Below, piece after piece: positions 41,630 to 56,162 of a DNA stretch of 64,000 bases. The translations under genes and the position numbers were made by a program. The notes below the pieces were generated by a model. The model worked only from the letters and a program-made list of their open reading frames with translations, had not been told where the DNA came from and did not search any database. Origin of the DNA: Octopus sinensis (lineage: Eukaryota); NCBI RefSeq assembly GCF_006345805.1, contig NC_043008.1:31062001-31126000 (forward strand), written 5' to 3'. The number at the start of each line of letters is the position of its first letter. Within the stretch, counting starts at the first letter, position 1.

Positions 41630-42214
41630 ATGTGTATATGCTTGTATGCTTGTAGGTATATGTGTATACACGCTCGAAAACAGCTACACACAAACCTTCA
41701 TACAAACATACATTTGCACACATGCCTGAGCGTGTGACGTTGGTGTACCTTAGAGAGTTATATGTTTAACAACCAACCAGCAGAAAATTAAAACAGTGGG
41801 TTGAACTCAAGGGAAATAACGGCCATCCAAATACAGATGCACGTGTGTGTGTGTGCGTGTGTGTGTGAGTGTGTGTGTGTATGTGTGTGTGTGTGTGAGT
41901 GTGTGTGTGTTTGTGTGTGTTTATGCTTATATATGCGTATCTAAGCACACATGGGAGAAACTTAGTTTCACACAAAACCTGCAATGTATTGTAGTGTCTG
42001 GCCATCTTGTCTCCTTGGTTGTTGCCAGTTTAACGGCTTCAGATGTCATGGGATTGACATTTCTATCACAAGTGTTTTCGCTGTTAACATTGACGTCTTT
42101 TTACTATGTATCTGCGTATGTATATGTGTATGTATGTGTGTGTGTGCGTGTGTGTGTGTGCGTGTGTGTGTGTGTGTGCGTGTGCGTGTGTGTGTGTGTG
42201 TGTGTCTGTGTGTA

Positions 42215-42611
42215 CGAGGGGGTACTGAAAACTCTCTGGCTTTAAGAGTATTGCAAATGACCTGGCTAGAGTCCCAACCTTCCGAGTTATTTTCCAGGGC
42301 TTAGAAAAACTGAAGGACCGCTGCAATAAGTGTTTGAATCTGAGAGTGGAATATGTTCAATAAAATCATAGGCGTAGGAGTGGCTGTGTGGTAAGTAGCT
42401 TGCTTACCAACCACATGGTTCCGGGTTGAGTCCAACTGCGTGGCACCTTGGGCAAGTGTCTTCTTCTGTAGCCTCGGGCCGACCAAAGCTTTGGTCGGCC
42501 CGAGGCTACAGAAGACACTTGCCCAAGGTGCCACGCAGTTGGACTCAACCCGGAACCATGTGGTTGGTAAGCAAGCTACTTACCACACAGCCACTCCTAT
42601 ATATATATATG

Positions 42612-42642
<31 letters not shown>

Positions 42643-42900
42643 GTACATGTTTGTGTGTCTGTGTTTGCCCCACCCCACCCCAACATCGCTGGACAACCAC
42701 TGCTGGTATGTTTACGTCCTCGTAACTTAGCGGTTCGGCAAAAGAGATCGATAGAATAAGTACTAGGCTTACAAGGAATAAGTCCTGGGGTCGATTTGCT
42801 CGACTAAAGGCGGTGCTCCAGCATGGCCACAGTCAAATGACTGAAACAAGTAAAAGAGTAAAAGAGTAACTGATCCTCCTTAATTTACAGCACCCCTTCG
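42215..42900. mobile_element. Mariner-type MITE interrupted by a SINE family B copy (42371-42866)
   Basis: Flanks join to match the MITE at 21447-21640. Confidence 0.8.
42375..42599. repeat. Near-perfect palindrome of the SINE B 5' half
   Basis: Arms 42375-42488 and 42489-42599 centred on AAGCTT; only difference seen is a 3-bp indel. Confidence 0.95.
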
Positions 42901-42984
42901 TGTGTGTGTGTGTATGTGTTTTCATGTATCTATGTGTATACATACGTGCCTATACGTTTATGTGTGTGTGTGTTTGTATGTGGT

Positions 42985-43230
42985 CTGTATTCCCGGCGCT
43001 ATTTACATTGAGGACACAGGCCGATCACTTTCCGGAGCACATTGGAAGCATAATGCTACTTATTCAGACCAGCCTGTCACCATCCAGTTCGGCACTACAG
43101 GCCATTCCATCATTTATTTATCAATGTGTGGCATATTTTCATATTATGAATCCATATTCTCAAAGAAATGGAGTGAGTACAGTTTCATACTCAAACTTGA
43201 TATCATGTCACCGCCAGGCTCAAATTAACT
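42985..43230 (+). pseudogene. Penelope-like GIY-YIG endonuclease C-terminal remnant
   Basis: AIYIEDTGRSL..QPVTIQFGTTGHS..LSMCGI..SEYSFILKLDIMSPPGSN matches the YIGETGR..HF...H..E...I..L....P.G.N pattern. Confidence 0.65.
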
Positions 43231-43279
43231 TTTTTCCTTATACTCCTACTCCTTCTTTTAGTTCAGACGGAGAGACAGG

Positions 43280-44780
<1,501 letters not shown>

Positions 44781-45230
44781 GTTTCTTTATTGGCCACACA
44801 GGGCTGCACACAGATGGGACAAGTTACAAGGTAGAGCTTTTCTTTTGGAGGAGAAAAGAAAATGGTGGCGTAGGTTTTCAATCAAAAGGGATCGTAAAAG
44901 GGAAAAAAGAACAAACAAAAAAAGAAAAAAGAAAAAAAGGAAAAGAAAAAAAAGAAAAAAAAAGGGAAAAGAAAAAAAAGAAAAAAGGGAAAGAAAGAAA
45001 AGAAAAATGAAAAAAGAAGAAAAAAGAGGAAAAAAGTGGGAGAGGAAAAAAACGATCAATAGGGATCGTGTATCACAGTGTCATGATGTATGGTGTAAAG
45101 GGGAAAGCAAGTAAGGTTTATCCGTGGGAAGAAAAGCCCACGAAAAAGACCACGGTAACCTTGGTCAATATTGTTATATGTTACCACATTTGTTTGCAAG
45201 TGGGTAACCCTCTGTTTTCAATTTCTGGGT

Positions 45231-48200
45231 TCATAGGATTATGCTCAAGGTGGCTCCGTCATTCATACGTGCCATCCTTGCTACATTCACCCATCTTTTT
45301 TTAAAACGTTCGCTAGACAAAACTTGCCTCTCTACTCTCACTTTCCTTTTCAAGTGGTACTTGAAGAAGTTGATGAGAGATTGACCAGAGAGGAAAGTGT
45401 TTGTCTCCAATCCTTTCTGACGCGTCCATCAGATACATTCTTTCGCCATAGCCACAAGGATGATGAAAATAAATCTTCCTTCCCGTTTGAAGGAAGGGGG
45501 CGTGACAATATTGACGATAGACTCAGCTCATAAACCGACTCGTCCCACACGTGACAGCAGTTGTTCGACATAAGCTCACAGGTCGGAAATTGTTGGACAC
45601 TGCACGAGTGCGTGCAGAGCGGTTTCGTTGCTCTGACCGCATCTCGGGCAGGTCGGCCCCGTGTTTCTCGAGCCGTGTCTGTAGAGCTTATCTCGAACGG
45701 GTAGCGCTTCTCGGTAGCACTGCCAGGCCAGGGATCTCTGGAAGTTGTCCATGGGCCCTGGCCCGAAAGTCGTCCCGAACAGGCGGGTCAGGTATTCCTC
45801 GTCGACGTCCAAGTTCGCCTCGAGCTCGTCGTCGTCGTACCTCCCCTCCACTAATCCCCTATAGAATGCTTTGGTTGTGATGGAGTCACTCAAGGTTGAC
45901 CCAGGACGGCAGAGTTGCTTGAGAGCAACGCGACACTCGCGGTGTCATTCGCCCTTCCTCGGCCTCTTTTTGATCCACGATTGCAGTTCGGTCATGGAGA
46001 TGAGCTGCGGGAAAGCGTGCCTCATAAACGGCGACCACACCTGTTCACCGTCGTCTTCGAAGAGCCTGAGATGTCGCAGTTTCAGAGCGTGTCTGCGCAT
46101 CATCAACCACGGCATGCCCAGTCCTTTTAACGGGTGTTGACAGCAAATGGATCGCCTGACCATCGGGACGCATCCTTTCCACAAGAAGCGAAAGAGAATG
46201 CGTTCTAGTTTGGTGATTGTAGGGTCGGGACAAGGCACGACGGTCAGGCGGTAGTAGATGACGGACGCGATGTACGTGCTCGCCACCTCCGCCCGACCTT
46301 TTAGGGACAGTTTCCTCTCGGCCCATTGCCGGGCGAGAGTGACCACCCTACTCGTTATCTCGTTCCAGTTCTTCTCCATTTGGAGGTCCGGACCGAACCA
46401 GACCCCGAGCAACTCGACCGGACCGTCGGCCCAGCGTCCCACAACGGAGGCACTGGTGGATGGCATGGGCTTGCTTCTCCGGGTGCCTAGTCGCAAGCCC
46501 ACTGACTTTTCCCGGTTGATTTTTGCTCCTGTCACCGCTTCGTAGATCTTCAGTGTCTCGCCGACCTGCTCGATGTGCTCGTGGCTAGACACTATGACGG
46601 TGACGTCGTCCGCGTATGCAGACACGCTCATCCCGCATCCCAGTTCTCACGGGATGTCCCTCAGAGTTGCTAGCTTCCGCAATAGTGGCTCGAGAGTCAA
46701 TACGTATAGAAGCGACGAGAGGGGGCATCCCTGACGAACCGAACGTGCGATGTCGAAAGGTCTCTATAGATGTCCATTTACGTGAACTACCGAACGGATG
46801 CCTCTGTACAAAGCGGCTATCCAGCCGCGGAAGACAAGACCGAAGCCAGCCGCTCTGAGGACTGCCTCCAAGTATCGATGGTCTACCCTATCGAAAGCTT
46901 TCGATTGATCTAAATTGATCAGCGCCCCACACATGCCAGGTTCGTTAACTACCCTACGATGTAGCGCATCAGGTGGAGGTTGTCATGAATGCTCCGGCCC
47001 GGCACGGCGCACGTTTGCGCCTTGTCGACCAGCTTCTCGATGACAAGCGCCAACCTCTTGGCTAACACCTTGGCCAAAATTTTCAAGTCTGCCTTAAGCA
47101 GAGTGATGGGCCTAAAGTTATCTATTACATTTCCCTTGTTTAGATATTTCTTCAGCAGTGTTACGGCTCCTCGGCTCACAAAATCAGGAATGCTCCCGTT
47201 TTGCTGCCAGTTGCAGTACTCCGCTGCCAAGACGTCTCCAAACAAGTCTGGCATACAACTGTAAAGCTCGTAGGGTAGACCATCCAAACCCGGCGATTTG
47301 TCCCTCGAACATTCTGCCATCGCGTCCTGCACGTCCGCCGCCGTGATAGCACCTTCGCAGCACCCTGCCTCTCTTGTCGAGAGTCGTGGTAGGCTGTGTA
47401 GGTAGGCACTGAAGTCCACCCTACGTTCTTGCCCGCCACTCGTCCCGAACAGTCGGGCAAAATTCTGTTGAAAGGCCTCACACATTTTACTTGGCTCGAT
47501 CAATTCGCGCCCCTGTTCATCTACCAGAGACCGAATGGTGGTTTGTTGCCCTGTTGCGCCTCTGCCACCCGGGCCTCTCTCGCGGTTCCAACACCTTTCT
47601 TTCCTTAGAGCACGCATCCTAGCTCTGACAGCACACCCTTCGTGTTTGGCGTTGAAGTGATGGTCGAGGGCCAACCTCGCCGCCAAAACGTTGGATGCGA
47701 TGCCGCTTCTAATTGCCTCTTCTAGCTTCTTAACTAGCTCACCCTCTACTCTATTTCTATCTATGGCTAGTGCTTTGCTGTACCTAATCGCTTCTGCTTT
47801 TACTGCTCTCTTGAGGGCAAACCACCATTTGTTGTTGATGATGGCTCCCGTCAAAGCCCTCTTTACTAGTGTGCTAATCCGGTCTCTGAAAACCTGTCTC
47901 GATGGGAAAGACGCATTTAGTTTCCAGTATCCAGGACCCTGCCTATGTGTCTTACCTAAGTCTAGCGTACATGTCACAAGTTTGTGATCCGTGTAGCTGA
48001 CTATGTGGAATTGTGGTCATCCTATGCTATCTCTATCTACTGTCCTACACAGTACCCTATCTAGATACGATCTCGACAACCCGATGCGGTTGCTCCATGT
48101 CCACGTTGGCGCATTCGGGTGGTCTAGTCGGAACCTGTCAGACAGTTGAAAGCGTCTGAGCAGGTCTCTGAGGCATTTGCATCCCCGTCTATTCCTATCT

Positions 48201-48662
48201 CTGCCAAGTAGTCTACATGCGTGTCCAAGGTAGCATTCCAATCCCCCACTAAGAGTAAAGGACGAGACGTTCCCAAGAATACTTCTAGACGTTGAAAGAA
48301 ATCCGCCCGACTTGTTAAGGGCGGTGCGTAGTCTGATACGAGTCGAAAAGCTCACCCATTGCTGCCGTCGACATCCAGGACGACCAGTCTACCCTCCGGG
48401 TCTACGAATATTGTCTTTACTTTGAGATCCAGATTCTTGCGAAAAAGTACCGCGGTGCCACTACCGCCCATTCTTGGTAGACAGGGGGGAAAATAAATGT
48501 TGAACTGTCCGCCAAACATGGTCTTTAGGCCCGCGGATTGTGGAGTCTGGTCTCACTTATGGCTATGATTTCTAACTTATGTGACTTTATGTCATTTAAG
48601 AGGTACCCTTGTTTCCAAGGGGACCCCAAGTCACGCGCATTTACACAACCAATCTTGATCAT
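45231..48662 (-). pseudogene. Tx1 ORF2 (APE endonuclease, reverse transcriptase, C-terminal CCHC), several stops and frameshifts
   Basis: MIKIGCVNAR..ISETRL; GDWNA; SYLDRV; GPGYWKLN; KSPGLDG; NFRPITLL; QSKAFDRVDH; SVRQGCPLS; AYADDVT; CPRCGQSNETALHALVQC. Confidence 0.95.
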
Positions 48663-48706
48663 AATCCTAATGAATTAGAATACAAGTGAAAGGAACAGAG
48701 GGTTAC

Positions 48707-49043
48707 TTACTGCTCGAAAGTTTTTGCGTTCTCCTCCTTTGGTTTGTCCTCGAGGAGATCCCAGTACAGTTTCTTTGTGAGATATTTTTGGCATTTACCA
48801 ACCGCACTGGGGAAAATGCCTTTGAGTGTGTGGTGCAGACTTTTGGAGATGTGTAATATTTTGATGTAGTCTGGTGGTGTTGTGTATGGGTGATTGTTTG
48901 TTTTTATGTCATCTTCTGTTATGTTTGTTTTTGATTTGATGTATTCCATCAGATTTGTGTTTTTGGTGTCTATAGCTGTGAGCATGTTTGCTGTATATAT
49001 TTTTGTGGTGTTGGTGTGGCTGGTGTTGGTGTGGCTGTTGTTG

Positions 49044-49075
<32 letters not shown>

Positions 49076-49228
49076 GGTGGCTGTTGTTCGTGTTGGGTTT
49101 TGAAATGTCTTCGGGTGATGTATTTCCCCCTGCTTTGTTTGTGTTTGCATTTGGTTTGGTTGTGTTTCTGCTCTTTATTTTCCTTCTTTTTCTAGCTAGT
49201 TTTCTTCTTTTTCTAGTTTTGTTGTTGC

Positions 49229-49259
<31 letters not shown>

Positions 49260-50784
49260 GGTGGTGGTGGCTGTTGTTCGTGTTGGGTTTTGAAATGTCT
49301 TCGGGTGATGTATTTCCCCCTGCTTTGTTTGTGTTTGCATTTGGTTTGGTTGTGTTTCTGCTCTTTATTTTCCTTCTTTTTCTAGCTATTTTCCATTCCT
49401 CACTGGTTTCGTCTTCCGACGAATTTTCTGAGGAATCAGTAGTGGGTAGGGGTATGTTGTAGGCTTCTATGTATGTCTGTGTAAGTGGTTGTGCTGTTGT
49501 TTTCGTTGCTGTTGGTTGTTGAGTGTTTGTGTGTGGTGAGTGCGGTATAAGGGATGGGGAATCAGTGTTTGTGTATTTTCTTTGTTTTTCTGTTCCTTTG
49601 GTTCTTGCTGTTGTTGGTGGTGTTGGTATTTTCTCAGGTGTTGAGTAATTTTTGGTTGTTGACGGATAAGCTTGGTGTGCTTCTCTTGTCGTCTTCTGTG
49701 TTGATGGTGGCGTGGGTAGTAGAGCTTTTTTTTCGGAGTATTTTGGTTGTGGTAGTGGTTGTTGTTGTTGCTCTTGGTGTGCAGTGGTTGGGCACGTCTT
49801 TTTCAAGTGTGAGTCGCTTCCACACAAATAGCAGCGTGGTCGCCTGCCCTCTACCACTACATAAAGTTTGTAGCCTCCTGGCAGTTCTATAATGGTGGGT
49901 ATCTTTTCTCTTACCGTTTCATCCAATTGAAGTAGGAATTGGATTGATTTTCCCACATAGTCTTTCTCTCCTAGAACGGCGATTTCAAGGATGTTTGTCT
50001 CTGCCATTGTCTCTGCCATTGTCTCTGCCATTTCAAAGCAAATGGCAGAGACTAACCATTGTGTTTCGACTTCAGGGGGTACATTTTTTATTTGGATTTT
50101 CGTCACTCTCTGGTTTAGATAGATTGGTATCATTACCAAGTCGTCTGAATGCAGCTCCAATGTGGAAAATCGTTTTGCTAAATTTTCGTTGAGGAAACGT
50201 ACTTGGACTGTACCAAGTTTATTTCCCCAACTGATATACTCCTTGGAGTCCCATGCAGGACGAAGGCATTTTTAATTTTTTCCTGCGGTGCATTTTCTGG
50301 TCGTCTTGTTTTCTTGTTTATTACTTTGTAGATTATTGTTTTTTTGTGTTTTCCACGATGTGTTGTGGAATGTGAAGATGCAATTTGTCTCCTTCTTTGG
50401 TGAAGAGTGCTTTTATGAGGTTTATTTCCTGTGTGGTGAATTTTACGATTGTTCGTTTTTGTTTTGTCGCATCCGCGAAATTCGTTTTGATTTTGGCGGT
50501 GTTAGCAGCAGAAGGGTTAGTAGTAGCAGTTGAAGTCGTGGTAGTAATGTTGGTGTTGGCGGTGTTGTCTTTGGTAGGCGGCTTTGTGCCGATTTCGTTG
50601 TTGTTGGTGGTGGTGGTGGTGATGGTGGTGGTGCTGGCATTCATGTTTTCGTCTGTATTCGTTTTTGAAATCCCTTTCTCCGTCCTTTTATCATCGACAA
50701 GTGGTGGGGGGAAATCTAAGTTTAATGTCTTTGGTCGCGGCGATGGTGAATGGTCTTGCAACGTTAGTTTTGTTGTTGCTGTTG

Positions 50785-50816
<32 letters not shown>

Positions 50817-50985
50817 GGTGGTGGTGGTGGTGGTGGTGGTGGTTGGTGGTGGTGGTGGTGGTGGTGGTGGTGGTGACAGCGGTGTTCAAGCTGCGAGGCT
50901 TAGCAGCTAATGGTAGCAATAGTGTTTCGCTACCGTTCCGCATGACTGGCGGGCTAGCCACGTGGTTTCTAGTTGCCATTTTCAA
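48707..50985 (-). pseudogene. Tx1 ORF1 (gag-like, CCHC knuckle), broken by microsatellite expansions and an internal duplication
   Basis: CYLCGSDSHLKKTC knuckle in the 315-aa ORF 49213-50160; Thr/Asn/Gln-rich flanks; 49073-49199 duplicated at 49263-49388. Confidence 0.85.
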
Positions 50986-51204
50986 AATGAAAAAGGGCTA
51001 AAAGGAACCTACGAAAGTTTTGAAAGTTTTTGGTAATTTCGCCCATACAGGGGCAGAATTCTACGTGAATAATTCTCAGGTTTTTCAGTGAATGAACTTG
51101 CACAACGATTAAAACAAAATATTTGATAACAAGGAGTTTTAAACATGTAAAAGTGGCCAACATACGTGGAGCCGATTTGACTAGCGTCCGTCCATGTCGA
51201 GAGA

Positions 51205-51322
<118 letters not shown>

Positions 51323-51861
51323 AAACCACTGGGAGTGAAAGAACCTTAGCTGTTGTTACAGCATCCTTCTAAGAAAGAGACTTATCTAAAACCTTAAGTT
51401 TCACGTGACTAGTAATCATCTCGCTTCGATCTGTCACTACGTATAAGTCACGGAAACTCAGAGAGTAGTATTTGTGTTGTGCAAGCATTTATCATTATAA
51501 TCCAATGACGTACAGATGTCACTGTATGATGCCCTCATTTGTCATTTCATTTGCTGAAAATCCTATGGTGATGTAAGTATAGCGATGTGTGTATACTTAA
51601 TTAGCTGCAAGTACACAAATACAAATCTGCATATAAGAATCTTACCCTAACATTATTGTGGGGTTTTCCTGTTGTACGGCCAACTCTTGTGGAGATTGTG
51701 ACTGAGCGAGCCGTTTTATTTTTCCTTTAGAGAGAGCACAGCTCACCCAAATCATTGACAACGAGGAAGCCCAGAGACGACAATTATCTGTGGAAGATGG
51801 AGTAATTACCATGTGTGCACCTGAGTGTGTGTGTGTGTGCGTATATGCCTGTCTGTATGTG

Positions 51862-51983
<122 letters not shown>

Positions 51984-52769
51984 ATCATTTACATGTATCC
52001 ATATACATACGTATGTATACTTATATTTGTTAAAATATTTAAGAAAAATTATATTAATTATATTAATGTGACCTACTTGTTAAAGTTCCATTAAATTATT
52101 TGTGCAGCTGAAGGTAGCACTGCATTTAATGATTGCATGTAATGATTGCATTGTTCAATTAAATGGACCCGCTTGAAACGGTCGTACTGCATTACTACTT
52201 GATATCTTATTGCTTATTTTGATTGAAAGAGAACATTTGTGTAATTAGTGTAGAATATAGAAATTACTGTCAGTTTTTAAGACAGCTACATTTTTCAGGA
52301 AAAATTTATATAATTTGCACTATATATGTAAGTTGGATGAAAATCTCAAAGGGCCTCTGAACAACTTCTGGAAAATATATAGAGAATGTTAAATTAGAAA
52401 ATTGGTGAAGATGATGATGATGATGATGATGACGACGACGACGACATCGAAGACGACGATGATGATGATGATGATGTTTAATCTCAGTTCAACCTACCTT
52501 GAATATCCTTATGATCAAAGCAATACAAGCAGTTACAATACAGTTTCTTGCTCATGTGTGCTGTGAATCCACGATCACATTATTCAATGTGTTCACTTTT
52601 TAAGTGGTAGATTTTGATTTCTGAGAGAGACAGAGGAGAGAGAAAGAGAGAGGGGAGAAAGAGAGATTTGGCTGTTACTTCTAGATCGTCGAGTAATTCG
52701 GTATTTCACTCTGTAATAACAACGCCGCAACGCAGGTTCTATTCACAAACGTTGTGTGACATTGGCATT

Positions 52770-52999
52770 ATATGGCAGAAACGTTAGCGTGTCGGACAAA
52801 ATGCTTAGCAGCTCTATTATTTTACTTGTTACAATCATTGAACGACGGCTATGCTGGGGCACCGCCTTGAAGAATTTTAGTCGAGCGAGTTGATCCCAGT
52901 ACTTAATCTATCGGTCATTTAAGCCGAACCCCTTAGTTCTAGGGGCGAAAACTCACCAACGTTGGTTGTCAAACGATGGTGGGTACAGGCACAAAGAAC

Positions 53000-53040
<41 letters not shown>

Positions 53041-53786
53041 ACACACACAGATGTATGTATGCTTGTATGTATGTATGTACTGGGTGCGATGGGTAAATTG
53101 TCGCCATTTTATATTTGTTAATTTCGCACATTTTGTTTTTGATTTTGTCGACTACGCATTAGAGTAGGATCAGTTGGGCACCGTCTGTGAGAAAAACAGC
53201 ACCATGACGCAATTCATTCTGCTAGAAATTTGGAAACGACATGCTGTACTGTTTGCCTTTCATCCTTTCGAGGTCGATTAAATAAGTACCAGTTATGCAC
53301 TGGAGTCGATACAATCGACTTAATCCTTTTCTCTGCCCTTGTTTGTCCCCTCTATGTTTAGCCCCTTGTGGGCAATAAAGAAATCAATATTGTTTCGATG
53401 TAGACATTTATTTATTCTTTAGCTTGTTCCAGTCACTGAACTGCGGCTATGCTGGGGCACCGCCTTCAAGGATTTAGTCGAACAAATCTATCTCGGTTCA
53501 TATTTTGTTTTCACTTCTGATACTTATTCTACCAGTCTCTTTTGCTGAAACCGCAAACTAACCAACACCTGTTGTCAATTGGTGGTGGGAGGCGACAAAC
53601 ACAAGGACACACACACACACATACGCACGCACACATACACGCATGCACACATACACACACACACACACACACATACATACATACATGCGTACATATATAC
53701 ATACATACATACGAACATATAAACACACACACATACATAAACACACATGCATACGTACATACATAGAAACATACACACACACACAT

Positions 53787-53823
<37 letters not shown>

Positions 53824-54483
53824 TACACACATACACACACTCACACACACATACAAAAACACAAGCATACATGCATACATACACACACACACGCGCACAC
53901 ACTTGCACGCACACACACACATAAATATATACATACATACATATATACATACATACATACATACATACATACATACATACATACAAGCAAACAAACAAAC
54001 ACACACACACATACATAAACACACATAGACATACATACACACACATACATACAGATTCTCAAATGTATGCATTTTCCTATGTAAATGGACATTTCACATG
54101 GATGAGTTACTCGGCAGAGTGCGTAACTCGGAGTTCAGGGAGACTCTCCGGGGCGAGATGCTTCTTCTCCGCATTGAGAGATCGCAGTACCGGCATTACA
54201 GATTTGTCTTTTATTTTTTATTTTTAGTTGTTTCAATCATTAGACTGCGGCCATGCTGGGGCACCACGTTAAGGAATTTTAGTTGAACAAATCGATATCA
54301 GTGCGTATTATTGGTATTAGTTTGTAAAGTCTGGTACTTATTCTATTGGAATCCTTTCGCCGAACCGCTAAGTTATGAGGACGTAAACACACCAACACGG
54401 TTATCAAGCGATAGCAGAGGACAAACACATACACAAAGACTCACACAAGCACACACACACATACATACATACATACATACATA

Positions 54484-54570
<87 letters not shown>

Positions 54571-54925
54571 ATATGCTAATACTTCAACAAGTAGAAAAGC
54601 ACATAATCAGCTAAAAGAGTAAAGATAATGCTATTATAAAAATATAGCAAATCCTGGTCGAAATAATCTATTTCGCCATTTATCAAGCGCTGAAACTAGA
54701 CTATTTGTCAGTTGACTTTTGAGCAGATAAAGTTTAAACAGGAAACGCTGGTAAGAAGAAAACACAAAGGAGTCAATCATCGTCACAATAATTCGATGAA
54801 TGGAGGCGACTTTGCCTTTCATCCTTTCGGAGTCGATAAATTAAGTACCACGAAACACTGGGGGCGTTGAAATCGATTGTCCCCTCCCAAAAAATTTCAT
54901 GGCCTTGTGCTTTCAATAGAAAGGT
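52770..54925. mobile_element. Cluster of partial SINE A (+; ~52770, 53240-53375, 54800-54925) and SINE B (-; 52820-53000, 53400-53620, 54225-54430) copies with (CA/CATA)n tracts
   Basis: Similarity to the better-preserved copies in this window. Confidence 0.75.
54098..54200 (+). pseudogene. RTE-clade LINE ORF 3' fragment
   Basis: GRVRNSEFRETLRGEMLLLRIERSQYRHY resembles the RTE pattern DRVRS..IRE.L.VE.LLL.IER.QLRW. Confidence 0.6.
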
Positions 54926-55167
54926 ATAATTCGATGGATGGATGGATGCATTAATTGATATAATAAAACGCATCATGAACGATTCGAGAATTCTTTGGAA
55001 TAAACTTTCTTCTCCATTATTGTCTCAATATTCATAGAGTGAAAGTGAATTAACATCATTATCAGACAATCTGTAATTAACAGATTGTAATTAACAGCTG
55101 TAATTAATGTAATCTGTAATTGATTCAGTGCTTTACTAAAGATGTGTGTAAAGATATAAAGCTTTAA

Positions 55168-55222
<55 letters not shown>

Positions 55223-55226
55223 ACCA

Positions 55227-55495
55227 CGTGACCGACCAGACCATCAGATGTCGTTACACATCGCTGGTCACAATGCGTTCGCATTGTTTTAGCCTTCGAA
55301 TGACGCCACCCCACTGGATAAGCGAGCAGGCCAACAGAAGAATGAGTGGGAGAAAGAGTGGTGAAAGAGTACAGCAGGGATCACCACCCCCTGTCGGAGC
55401 CTCGTGGAGCTTTTAGGTGTTTTCGCTCAATAAACACTCACAACGCCCGGTCTGGGAATCGAAACCGCGAGTCCGCTGCCATAACCACTAGGCCA
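55227..55495 (-). mobile_element. SINE family C relative
   Basis: Shares GCTCAATAAACACTCACAA..GGTCTGGGAAT.GAAACCGCG with 7080-7419. Confidence 0.8.
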
Positions 55496-55499
55496 TATG

Positions 55500-55535
<36 letters not shown>

Positions 55536-55736
55536 TGTGTGTATATATATATATATATATGCATACATATATATATATATACATATACACACACACACAT
55601 ATATATACATGTATATATCTTTTTACTTTTTACATATATATATACCTTTATATGTATAGCTGTGGATGGGTGGGTGTATACATGTGTGTATTCAACGAAG
55701 TATTGATGGATTCTGTCTCACATTCTCTCTACTTCC

Positions 55737-55809
<73 letters not shown>

Positions 55810-56084
55810 GCTCGAAATGTGGAGTACATACAGAGCCGACAACTGACGAAGGGTCGTTCTTTATATTGGTTGTCTTGTTTTCCATTTGTTTCTTTCGTTT
55901 TTCGCATACAAAAGTCTGTCTTCGTATTCCATGCTTTTGTATTTTCGTATTTCATACTGTTTACCATTTGTGACATCCTGTACCCATATATACATATATA
56001 TATATATACATATCTATATATAGTAATTCGTTTGTACACACACATACATATATAAATGTACATACCTATACATACATACCTATA

Positions 56085-56116
<32 letters not shown>

Positions 56117-56162
56117 GTAGTATGTATGTATGTATGTATGTATGTATGTATGTATGTATGTT

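Larger units (their letters stand above)
44781..51200 (-). mobile_element. Near full-length Tx1/L1-clade LINE, disabled
   Basis: ORF1 + ORF2 + 3' UTR ending AATAAAGAAAC; (GATA)n at both ends; 5' limit approximate. Confidence 0.92.

Noticed and set aside
55843-55870. CTGACGAAGGG in a pseudo-LTR-like pyrimidine-rich segment
   Set aside because: No stem II closure or GAAA follows.
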